Of a stretch of DNA of 64,000 bases, positions 51,014 through 62,900 are shown piece by piece. The DNA is from Octopus bimaculoides. Taxonomy: Eukaryota. The stretch lies in contig NC_069002.1 of assembly GCF_001194135.2 (NCBI RefSeq), forward strand, positions 3,773,026 through 3,837,025, read 5' to 3'. The first letter of the stretch is position 1, and each line of letters opens with the position of its first letter. The position numbers were made by a program, and so were the translations under genes. The notes under the pieces were generated by a model that did no database searches, was not told the origin of the DNA, and saw only the letters and a list, made by a program, of their open reading frames with translations.

Positions 51014-52929
51014 ACTGTATTTTTATAATTAAATATTATACAAACTGTATAAAAAAAAACTAAAATACTTTGTGTGGACCCCGGATGAGAACCACTGCTT
51101 TGGGTATATTAGATCTTGCATTCAAGATTTGACAAATATTTATTTTATGGAACCCGGAAGAATCATAAGTCAACGTCGTAATTTGAACTCAGAAGAGAAC
51201 AAATATCTGTCAAATATTGATATCGATCAAGTAGTGATCGATACAATCGATTAAACGCTTTCCTCTCTCTCAAAACATTTGTGGCTTTATACCTGAAGAC
51301 GAAATCATTATTTAACAATAATAACCGATTTCTAACTCATACACGAGACAAGATGGGTGGTGGAGCAAAATTACAAAATACCATATTTAATCAGGTCCCG
51401 AGATTAAATCTAATATCGTCTTCCAACCAACCAAAGAGTGAATAAAATAGAATACTAATGTGAAATGATAAAAGAATATCTACTAAAACCTATTCCATAA
51501 AATATATGAGAAGTTATTACAAACCAGTATTTACGAAGATTTTAAATTAAAAAAGTACCACTACTTGACTGGTGTCTTTATTTTAATTGACCTCGAGAGT
51601 ATAAAAAGCAAAGTTGACCTCGACAGTAGTTGAACTCTGAACGTCAGGATCATTAACTAAATCACGCCAGTCATTTTTGCTGTGACGCTTATTGTCAGTC
51701 CAGTATAAATATATCTGATTCTCTATGGTGTGCAAGTTCTTTTGTGTTTGTTTGTTCTTTGGTGGTGGTGGAGGAGACATACATGTCATATGGGTGTATA
51801 ACCATGCATAAATACAATTATACATCTATTTATATATATNNNNNNNNNNTATATATATATATAAATAGATGTATAATTGTATACGCGCGTGGTATGCATA
51901 AATTCATCTGTCAATGCATGTATGTAACAACTGATTATGCCTATCCATTATTGTTGTTTATTGTCAGTGCGTGTGTGTGTGTCTGAATTACACGGGTATC
52001 TGTTTACTTCTCTCTGCCTCCTCACCTGTCAATCAGTGTGTATAATTCACTCCCTCCACGATCCTTAATATCACCCACATATTAAACAACACAACACAAA
52101 CTGTGTTTCTGTGTCAATGCGTGTTCAACCTACACCAATTATACATACATATATGAATAATATAAAACACGCACACAAACTAATATATATGTTCTTGTCC
52201 ATGTATGTCAATGCATGCATGTTTGTGCGTGTTTACAGTGATTTGCAGATGTATTTCTGTGACGATGTCTTTGTGTGGATGTGCTAGTTAATACGTATTT
52301 TAATTCAACTATATACACATACACATATATATATATTAATGTGAGTATACGTGCGCGCGGTGATTGGAAGTATTCTATATCTGTGTCGAAAAATCCTCCA
52401 GTCTTATGCACATACAAACATATATAAGATATATAGATATACACATATATTTGTCTCTGTGTGTGTGTGTGTGGTGCTTTATGTATTTAAAAACTTATAT
52501 ATTTAAGGACTAGTACCGAAAGATCGCCCATTATACACGCATACACACACACACACACATATATATATATGTATACACACACATAAATACATAGATTCAC
52601 ATAAATACATATACACATATATAAATACATTTACACATATAAATACATATATATACTGTATAATTTATACACACGCTACACATACACATCTATATACATA
52701 CACATTATACACGCATACATCTATATACATACACATTATACACGCATACATATATATACATACACATATATACATACACATATATACACATACACATTAT
52801 ACACACATATATATATACTTCTACACATTATACACGCATACACACATATATACACATTATACACAGTGCTTGATTCTTTTTTTTTTTGCTTTTTTTATTT
52901 GTTTTTTTTTGTTTTTTCAATTTGTTAAT

Positions 52930-53200
52930 TAAGGAAATTCCGAACGAGACGCCAGACTTGTTATTACAACAACAGAAGCGGAAGCTGGAGACAAAGACAA
53001 CAATAGACAGGAAGAATGCCTTACCTAAGAAGAGTTTGCAGAAATAAAACGGCTGATGCTCCATCAAACATTAAAACCAGCCACAGCCAAAAAAACTCCA
53101 CGCAAAAGTTTTCAAGAATTTTCTCTCATCCAACATCGACGATTTAACATGGCCGGTGAGTGTAAGCAGTGCGCATGCCTCATCGCGAAACTTCCGGTTC
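52930..53200 (-). promoter_or_regulatory. CpG-rich housekeeping-type promoter region
   Basis: Clustered motifs: ETS acttccgg 53190-53197, tcgcga 53183-53188, NRF1-like tgcgcatgc 53170-53178, YY1-like aacatggccg 53146-53155, kB-like ggaaattcc 52933-52941. Confidence 0.6.
53025..53150 (-). other. TAB2: Probable non-coding first exon (5' UTR) of TAB2
   Basis: Donor TAG|gtaagg at 53025/53024 inside the most CpG-rich unique segment upstream of the coding exons. The 5' boundary (TSS) is estimated. Confidence 0.55.
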
Positions 53201-53510
53201 CAACTTCTTCAAAGAAAACAACACAAGCTAAACTTAGTATAAGGTGTTTGTCATGTTAGATTCGTTTAAAAAGCCACATAACTTCATGCATATATGTGTG
53301 TATATATAAATAAATACATATATATATATATATACATATATATAATATATATGAGAGGCAAACAACTAGTCTCAGCGCTCTATAATATACATGTATATAC
53401 ACATATATAATGCACACATGTAGATAGATATGGTGGTACAAATAGGAAAGATAGAACTCAATCTATGAGTAAATAAATTTCTTTTTATTAATATTCAGCA
53501 GAAGCATCGG

Positions 53511-53592
53511 AGTGACTCAAGGGCCGAAAGTTTCGTGTATTAACACTTATCAATAAATGCCAACGCACGAAACTATCGCCCCTTGAGTCACT
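53511..53592. repeat. 82-bp inverted repeat (27-bp arms, 25/27 match) with an AP-1 site in each arm
   Basis: agtgactcaagggccgaaagtttcgtg vs reverse complement agtgactcaaggggcgatagtttcgtg; 28-nt loop. Confidence 0.85.
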
Positions 53593-53869
53593 AATTTTGA
53601 TATAGATCTGGTAGTATGCCTTTTAAAGCACGCTCAATATCTTTGGGTGTCTGATATCATCAATAATATGGATATAAGTGCCACTGGATTCAGGGGTGTG
53701 CACTAGCGTAGCTGGGGGCAGGGGCAACACTTTTCATCCTGTTGTAGGCTATAAGCCAAAATATATTATATTGAAATAGTATGGTATGTGATAATTTCCA
53801 ATATTATATAAAAACTCATGGAAATGCACGACTTTTGGGTTTACTACAGTTAATATATGTTTTTTGTGG

Positions 53870-54620
53870 GTTCCAGGGGAAGCAAATGGAAGGGCTGTCC
53901 TTTTATTTCAATATATTTCTTCTACCTGTTCATATTCTTCAGGCTATCCATTCTCTCTACTATTAAAGCCAATTCATCTTGTATGCGATGTCTCTCAAGG
54001 TGAACCCACCTTTACACTTCCAACCAATATCTTTCTCACAAGTACAACTAGGAAAGGGCTTGACACAAATCCATGATGCATTTCAACCTTCACTTCAAAT
54101 TCCCTGTTCCTGTCCTGCCCTTTGACTTTATGACCGCATGCTCTCTGATACATCATCATTACTCTAACCAGCCATTCCTAATTTTTCCAATACCCATGTC
54201 ACCACTTCACATGGAACCCAATCAAAAGCTTTCTCCAGGTCAATAAACCCAAGAAACAACTTCTTCTTTCTGTGCCTGCATTTCGGTAACTGTCTTACAA
54301 TAAAAATTACATCAGCTCTTTTCTTCTTCCTGGCATAAATCCTAATTGTATTTCATCAATCTTCACTTTCTCCCTTATTTTCTTCTCTAACACTCTCTTC
54401 TTCATTCCGTGATCCAATATACCAGCAACAGTTTAGGGGGGTAACCTTTCCTTTTAGTACAGAGGAATGAGTGCTCAACACCCAATTCACTGGAATGCAG
54501 TCTTTCACCACCAACTGACAGTTTTCTGTCATTTTCTACACATTCAAATCTCCTGCTGCCTTTAACATACCTCCCAAAACTTCTGTAGGCACTCCTGCTT
54601 TTCTATTCTTCACTATTCTT
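53870..54620 (-). mobile_element. Decayed RTE LINE RT fragment
   Basis: Minus frames KIREKVKIDEIQLGFMPGR...WLVRVM...FEVKVEMHHG, with many stops and frameshifts. Confidence 0.8.
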
Positions 54621-55033
54621 ACTATTCTACTATTCTTATTGCTTCCTCAACCAATAGAGGAATAAAAGAAAAAATGTATGCACACTCACACTTTATGTGT
54701 ATATATATCTGTATACATATATATGTGTGTATATATATCTGTATATATATCTGTATTTATATCTATCTATCTACACACACACAAACACACACACATATAT
54801 AGACACACGCATGGCTGTGTGGTAAGAAGTTTGCTTCTCAACCACATGGTTATCTTGATGGCATTTTTTTGATGGCCAGATAACTGAAGAGATGCCGGCA
54901 TGGGTTTCCGCCCCGACATCTGAAACTCAGAGTTTTATCATGGCTACCAAATAATTGCCACATATTATATTTACAGATACATTCCTCTATTTACATAATA
55001 TCGAGGTCTCTTTCATTCTTTTGTTGTCTTACC

Positions 55034-55079
<46 letters not shown>

Positions 55080-57440
55080 ATATGTATGTGTATACACGGA
55101 AGTCAGTCAAGGCGGCACTGGCATCAGCCATGTTTGGATGGTGCTTTTTACGTGCTACCGGCATGGGGCTCACAACTACAATTTCCATTTGATTTGAACT
55201 TGATGTTGCTGTTGATGTTGATGCCAGTGCTGCTTTGACTGGCCTCTGTGCCAGTGGCACGTTAAAAGCACCATCCAGACGTGGTCAATGCCAGCTCCTC
55301 CGGCCCCTGTGCCAGTGGCACGTAAAAAGCACCCACTACACTCTCGGAGTGGTTGGCGTTAGGAAGGGCATCCAGCTGTAGAAAGACTGTCAGATCAGAT
55401 TGGGGCCTGGTGCAGCCTCCTGGCTTGTCAGTCCCCAGTCAAACTGTCCAACCCATGCCAGCATGGAAAACAGACGTTAAACGATGATGATATATGNNNN
55501 NNNNNNNNNNNNNNNNNNNNNNNNNNNNNNNNNNNNNNNNNNNNNNNNNNNNNNNNNNNNNNNNNNNNNNNNNNNNNNNNNNNNNNNNNNNNNNNNNNNN
55601 NNNNNNNNNNNNNNNNNNNNNNNNNNNNNNNNNNNNNNNNNNNNNNNNNNNNNNNNNNNNNNNNNNNNNNNNNNNNNNNNNNNNNNNNNNNNNNNNNNNN
55701 NNNNNNNNNNNNNNNNNNNNNNNNNNNNNNNNNNNNNNNNNNNNNNNNNNNNNNNNNNNNNNNNNNNNNNNNNNNNNNNNNNNNNNNNNNNNNNNNNNNN
55801 NNNNNNNNNNNNNNNNNNNNNNNNNNNNNNNNNNNNNNNNNNNNNNNNNNNNNNNNNNNNNNNNNNNNNNNNNNNNNNNNNNNNNNNNNNNNNNNNNNNN
55901 NNNNNNNNNNNNNNNNNNNNNNNNNNNNNNNNNNNNNNNNNNNNNNNNNNNNNNNNNNNNNNNNNNNNNNNNNNNNNNNNNNNNNNNNNNNNNNNNNNNN
56001 NNNNNNNNNNNNNNNNNNNNNNNNNNNNNNNNNNNNNNNNNNNNNNNNNNNNNNNNNNNNNNNNNNNNNNNNNNNNNNNNNNNNNNNNNNNNNNNNNNNN
56101 NNNNNNNNNNNNNNNNNNNNNNNNNNNNNNNNNNNNNNNNNNNNNNNNNNNNNNNNNNNNNNNNNNNNNNNNNNNNNNNNNNNNNNNNNNNNNNNNNNNN
56201 NNNNNNNNNNNNNNNNNNNNNNGTGGTGGTGGTGGTGGTGGTAGTGGCGGTGGTAGTGGTGGTGGTGGTAGTGGCGGTGGTGGTGGTGGTGGTTATGATG
56301 AGGACAACCATGATGATGTTGTTTTTAAGTAGAATAAAGGAGTGTTTTGTTCTTCACCATAAACCTCACTGACATCAGCAGCAGCAGCAGCGTCGACAGC
56401 GTCGGCAGCAACTGTAACAATTGAATCTAGTTAGAAGTGTCATCAGTTTTCACTCTCATCATAATTTCCACCAGTGTTCTTCCAGTTTGACATGGGCTAG
56501 CATTACATACGTACATACATACATAGACACACTCACACATACGTGTGTGTGTGTGTGTGTGTCAGTGTGTGTGTCTATGTAATAAAAAAGAAATGTATGT
56601 TTGAACACCTTACCCACTACACCTCATGCCATGCATACATTTGTATATTCATGTATGTATATAAATACATATATGTACAGATATATAATTTGTATAATAT
56701 ATATATGTATATATAAAAAAGGATATATAATACTGGATATATAATACTGTACATTTTGATTGAAATATGTGTATTATGTATGTGTGTGTGTGTGTATTCT
56801 TTTATTTCAGTCATTTGAATGCGGCCATGCTGGAGCACCACCTTTAATCAAACAAATCGACCCTAGGACTTATTCTTTGTAAGACTAGTACTTATTCTAT
56901 CAGTCTTATTCTATCAATCCATGCAGTTGGATTGAACCCAGAACACTGACTGGAAAACAAGCTTCTTACCACACACACATATATATATATATAATATAAT
57001 ATAAACGTAAGATCCAGGGATCGAGGTGTAGGAAGAAAGTTAGCTTCAAGCAATCCAGAGTAAATATTAAAAAACCCTGTCAAAGACAATGGAAGGTTGT
57101 GGATTTTTTTCATATCGAAGAACGGTAAGCTGAAAAAAAGGTTCTTTTTATAATCCACGGTAGGCAACCAGGGTTGCTAGGCAAGAAAATAAGAATACAA
57201 GAGTTATGGATTTTTACCACCTCTGAGATTCCACCTGCTATAAGACATATGCAACCCAGACCTTACATACGCCATTCCATAACTTTCGCATATATACATA
57301 TATATACATATATACATATATACATTGAAAACGATTTGAAAATCCTACACGACTAGGTGAAAAGCGCTTTATTTAATATGTGACATTAATAAAAATCTGT
57401 AAATGTACAAACATCCAGATTTCTGAGTACCTTAATTTTT

Positions 57441-57480
<40 letters not shown>

Positions 57481-57499
57481 ACACACATACTCATATATA

Positions 57500-57805
57500 C
57501 ATATATATATATAAATCCAAAAACAGAGCAAGAATGCAACAGACGACAATAAAGCATCCGGACAGATAGATGATAAAAAGACGGACAGGAAAAAACAAGG
57601 ACAGGTCATTTGCAGCAATCTGTCATCAGTCAAGCATCCAGACAGTCATAATAATTTCGGCTGGTTCTCTGGATACTTGACTGATGAAAGATTGCTGCAA
57701 ATGACCCATCCTTGTTTTTTCATGTCCATCTTTTTATCATGTCTGTCTGGATGCTTTATTGTCGTCTGTTGCATTCTTGCTCTGTTTTTGGGATTCATAT
57801 ATACA
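57500..57805. mobile_element. ~300-bp fold-back element in (TA)n
   Basis: About 130-bp arms (aatccaaaaacagagcaagaatgcaacagacgacaataaagcatcc...) mirrored around a 25-nt loop at 57643-57667. Mirror peptides appear in the ORF track. Confidence 0.85.
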
Positions 57806-58852
57806 TATAGTAGTGTACGTCCACTTTTACTCACCTTAGAGATATACACACACACATATATATATATATATGGTGGTTGTCTACTCCTTACACAGAGTTT
57901 GACCACCTCCTCCTCCTACATCTTAGAACCATCATGGCATCTTATATGGCTTTTAAAAGCAGACAATGTTCTGAAAAGAAAACCCACATACATTGAATAT
58001 TCAGTTTGGACCACCAAGAGCAGCAAATAAGTTCTGATCTATGTGGATTTTAAAATGTCTTTTGAGGCCTCCATTAGATTATATATATNNNNNNNNNNNN
58101 NNNNNNNNNNNNNNNNNNNNNNNNNNNNNNNNNNTACATATATATATGCATGTGTGTATGTGTGTTTGATGGGCTTCTTTCAGTTTCCATCCACCAAATT
58201 CACTCACAAGGCTTTGACCAGACCGATGCTATATTAGAAGACACTTGCCCAAAGTGCTGTACAGTCAAACTGAACCTGAGACCAGACGGTTGGGAAGCAA
58301 GCTCCTTAAGCACACAGCCACACCTTTACCTATATTAATGCTGGAATACATACGATACAGTCAAGAGTTCAAATCTTGACACAACAGTAATTGTGTTGTA
58401 TCCAGTAAACACTAATGATTCTTTTGCCGAGAAAACAAAAACAAAAAAACAGAGGTGGAAGAAATAAGTAACAAGGAAGCTTGTTTGGAACACAGAATAC
58501 AAGCTTTATTCTATCAAATATCAGATATCAGCATTCAGCTATTTTACATTACTTCAGAGCAAGAGCTTTGCCTTGACTCACTTTTATGATGGAGGCAGTA
58601 TTTACTTAGTTTATCATGTGTTATATATACATATACATTTACACACACACACACACATATATGTAGGTGCAGGAGTGGCTGTGTGGTGAGTAGCTTGCTT
58701 ATCAACCACATGGTTCTGAGCTCTGTCCCACTGCGTGGCATCTTGAGCAAGTGTCTTCTACTATAGCCACGGGCCAACCGAAGCCTTTTGAATGGATGTG
58801 GTAGACGGAAACTGAAAGAAGCCCGTTGTATATGTGTGTGTAATTATAATTA

Positions 58853-58971
58853 AGGGCTCTGGAATGCCAGTGCCTATACACTAAAAGTAGATGCCGAACA
58901 CCTACAATCCACTCTAAATTTAGAGTGGATTGTCAGTATTTGACATATAGGGGCTGGCATTCCAGAGCCCT
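58853..58971. mobile_element. 119-bp fold-back MITE with perfect 30-bp central palindrome
   Basis: 18-bp perfect TIR agggctctggaatgccag/ctggcattccagagccct. Central acaatccactctaaa|tttagagtggattgt at 58904-58933. Confidence 0.85.
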
Positions 58972-59261
58972 GAAATATCATTATATTTTATAATTCTATG
59001 CTAAAAAATAATTTTACCAATATGGTCACTTTTTATACGCTAACCACTGATATAATCATTACCTTGATTTATAAGCATATATATGTATATGTAAATGCAT
59101 ATATATACATATACATACATATACATATATGTATATACATATACATATATATATATACATATATATCTGTGTATTAAAATTTGAATAAACTTCCATATAT
59201 TCTCTATGCATGTTGAACTTCATTTATTTCTTCTATTCTACTATTTGCTTAGGGGAGGCAC

Positions 59262-59490
59262 GTAGCTTAGTGGTTAGGGTGTTGGACCCATGATCATAAG
59301 ATTGTGGTTTCGATTCTTGGATCAGGCAATGCATTGTGTTCTTGAGCAAAACACTTCATTTCTTGTTGCATCATCCCACTCAGCTAGCAAAAATGAGTAA
59401 TCCTGTGGCATGTTGGCATCCCATTCAGGTGGGGAACTTATATGTCATGGGAGCCAGGAAACTGGCCCTAATGAGTCGGTATGATTCAGG
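59262..59490 (+). mobile_element. tRNA-headed V/CORE-like SINE copy
   Basis: gtagcttagtggttag...gtttcgattc head, then gtgttcttgagcaaaacactt and ggcatcccattcaggtgggg motifs. Confidence 0.55.
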
Positions 59491-59543
59491 AAGGAGTACT
59501 TTACTCGTTTTTTTTTTTTAATATTTATATTAGTAATGACTTT

Positions 59544-59585
<42 letters not shown>

Positions 59586-59619
59586 CAAGTGAGTATACAA
59601 AGAAAATAGGACTTAGCGC

Positions 59620-60545
59620 ATTTAACTGTAGTTGTAAATGTTCGATAACAGGATGATTCAGCTTCACCATTATTTGATGGTTACAGAACACATCCTCATC
59701 ATTAGATGTATAAAATCAGGTTGTTGAGAATCTTTTAAAAAAATTAGGAAAGTTGAAATTTGAAAATGGCGTCTAGATGAGAATACTTGGGCCCCCATTT
59801 GTTGGTTTAAGTCACAGGGATATTGTAGTCATCTACCAACATCAGTTCTTTCATTATATGATCCATGTTGTATTGTAGCAGGTAAGGTGGTGTCAATTTG
59901 TTGGCATTCTGTTGTGTGTGACATTCCAGTGATGACAGCCACCACCTGGAGAGATAACTGGTTTGTGGTGTCAGGTTACGTATCCGTTTGTGAAAGAAAT
60001 TGGCTTTATTCAAACCTTGGAGAGGAATGGACTCCACAAGATTTAAACGGCCAGCACCCATATAATTTCATCAGCAAGAAAACTCAGATGTTGTTCATAT
60101 TGGTTTCAAATTTTGGCACAAGGTCAACAATTTAGGGGCAAGGGTTAATCGATTCCCACACCCCAGTGCTCAACTGGTACTTGTTTTATGATGCCAAAAG
60201 GGTAAAAGGCAACGTCAGTCTCAGCAGGATTTGGACTCGGAATGTAAAGATGGACGAAATACTGCTAAGCATTTTGCCTGGAATGCTGACAGTTCTGCCA
60301 GCTCAGATGCCATTCATATTGAATGACATCATTGCACCTCTTTTAATGATGAGCAACACTCAGTTAGCTTCCTCACAATCACTAATTGTTCTCGTTAATA
60401 ATCTATCCTGACAAAAGCACATCCTTCACATCTCAGAAGCTGGTTCTTCTATTCAGCACCAGGAGGTACTTCAGCTCCTAATGACAATCATTGACATTCT
60501 ATAAAGTTCAGCTATGCGGTCTAAATTGCATCACACCATCCTGCA
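59620..60545 (-). mobile_element. Decayed LINE apurinic-endonuclease fragment interrupted by a family-A SINE (60103-60312)
   Basis: Broken frames QLLRCEGCAFVRID, ELMLVDDYNIP (GDFN-like) and MCFCN...NHPVI. The SINE is flanked by a 9-bp direct repeat ttcatattg at 60094-60102 and 60313-60321. Confidence 0.6.
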
Positions 60546-62392
60546 CACACTAGCACTGACCACTTACCAAATTTTTCTGTTGTTGAAGATTCATCGTTTT
60601 GTCAATGGACCCGGAAGTTGTTGTTCACAAACAGCAGCAGTAATTTTCTTCAGCTGAGAGTACACGTCATTGATTGGTTAAAATTACCCAAATACGACAA
60701 TTTTAACACAAAATAACTTCTAAAATACAAAATTTTGTCAAAAACGTTAAGAGTAAACCCTGTTCTACGTGACACATTCAACCAGTATCCGAAGTTTCAA
60801 AGTGTTTAATTATAAAAAATTAATTAAAAAATCTGTGCATAAGCTGGAACAGAACCATGAGGTATAGCAAGTTATCTTTGACACGGAAACCCCAACCAGA
60901 TACACGCAACAAAATGGACTTCACTAGATTCCCTCAAGTGGTGGTGTTAAAGCTGGCGATGGATTAAACTTACCACTCATATATACACATTGTAATTAAA
61001 CATTCTATTGAACAAGTTGTAAGATATTGCTGGCAAATATATTAGAAAGCCAGCCAATTAAAGGGAGACAAATTAAAATTTTGCTTAAAAGAAATGAAGA
61101 TAAATAATTACTTCCCTTACTAAGTTATTCGGAATCGGTGTCTTAAGATCTGCTTTTTGTTCTCAGAGTCGCTTTTTATTTATTTATTTTTTTTCATCCG
61201 TGGCACTAATTAAGTTGGAAAAGGCCTCCACATCACAAAATTTCGTTTGGTTAAAAGTTACTCAAATGTAAAGCTTTATTATTGACCTATAACACGCCGA
61301 AAGCTATAAAAAGTCCAAAGTGACATAAAGCTACAAAAGATTACATACAAAATTTATGTAACACTAGAAAAAGGGTGCCTCTCACAAGTTACTAGAAATG
61401 CTGGTAATAGCAGCCAGACGAGCTTAAAATCACATCCTACCATCTTCAAAAGGAAGCGGATACATTAGATAATGTGGGCCCAGATACTTATATGCCGGTG
61501 TATAAGATGTGCTTTTTATATTGAACCAAAAAATTGCCATGGTGTTGCAGTTGCCAGAGTACCCGTTACAATCTCTTAGTGCTTCCAACATGTTTCCGCT
61601 TGCTTCACGTTCGGGGAGACCCACAACCAGCATATTCAGATAAAATATTCAGTAAATGTTAAACAATTATTGATGCCATAATCACTGGCGTAGCGGGGGG
61701 AGGGGTCCTCCCCGGGAGGCACTTTTGGGTCTGTCGTAGGCAATATGTGTTTTTTGTGGGGTCCGGAGGCGGAAAACAGAAGAGCTATATAATAAGTCTA
61801 AGGCAAAGTTTTTAAGATACTACTGGGGATCCTCAATTTATTATTTCGTTGCATGGACCCCCCAAAATCTTATATGGACTCTCAGGAGCCATATGGGCCC
61901 TAGTTGAGAACCAATGTACTATAGAGACAAGGCGTGAAATTTTATCGATCCCGAAAGACGAAATGTTTCAATTGATAGATTCATATTGAGATAAGTTTGT
62001 TCTTTTATTCGTTTCAGACATTGGACTGCGGCCACGCTGGGATTAGAGTCGATTATATTTGGTACTTCGTCTGGTTTTTATTACATCAGTATCGGAAGAT
62101 AGGAAATGTCAAGTGGACACAGGTGTAAAAGGACAACCCGACGTTATGGTATTATGTGGTGGGATTGAACTCGGAAACATTTGGTTACAAAGCGGACTTC
62201 TCTACCACAAAGCCGTGCATGCAACCAAAGATAGATAGATAGATAAAGAGAGAGGGGAAGGGAGTGACCGACATATAGACAGACAGAGACAAACAAGCGG
62301 ACAGATAGATAGGTAGAGAGAGGGGAAAGGATAAAGAGAGAGAGAGGATGGAAATAGAAAGAGGGGGAAGAGATAGCTGGCTAGATAGATAA

Positions 62393-62448
<56 letters not shown>

Positions 62449-62699
62449 GGAGCAAAAATAATATAGAAAGAAATGGAGAGAGAGAGAGAGAGAGAGAAAC
62501 TGACGATGTCCTGTCCCGTCATCCTCCTTTATCTTTGTTAAGATTTTCTCCTTAGCTAATAATAATCGTTTATGACCTGTTTTCTACGGCTGGTGCCATT
62601 CAGACTATCCAGCACCACCATGGTGGTGCTGACAGGACGACACTATGTTACTGCCTTATTGCCTGCTATAAACACCCTCATATATTCATCGTTTCCACT

Positions 62700-62900
62700 T
62701 AAAACGGCTGTCATGGCCTTTTTTAAACGTGCAAACCCTCCCCCCCATCCTTCACCACCACCGCCACCACCACTTCAGTTTTGCACTGACGGCGCACGCA
62801 CGCACGCACGCACACAAACACAATGCCGCGCAGACCGCGCGCACATAGATATACATACACACTCGTGCGCACGTATTCGGCACGTATAATAAAACAATAT
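62700..62900. promoter_or_regulatory. CpG-rich unique segment, possible promoter of a neighbouring gene
   Basis: Dense CpG (gacggcgcacgcacg, gccgcgcagaccgcgcgc, cgtgcgcacgtattcggcacg) in an otherwise CpG-poor window. No exon linked. Confidence 0.3.

Noticed and set aside
5041-56372. Many long ORFs in the track made of X runs
   Set aside because: They span N-gaps; their length is an artefact of undetermined bases.
57620-57690. CTGATGA and GAAA near the centre of the 57.6-kb palindrome
   Set aside because: Cannot be folded into type I, II or III hammerhead topology.
59818-59881. Plus-strand cag|...|gtaagg exon-like segment
   Set aside because: Lies antisense within the decayed LINE endonuclease and gives a stop in the phase needed to join the 53155 donor.
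61430-61633. 67-aa minus ORF containing YKYLG
   Set aside because: Most likely a LINE RT remnant; no splice support for a host exon.
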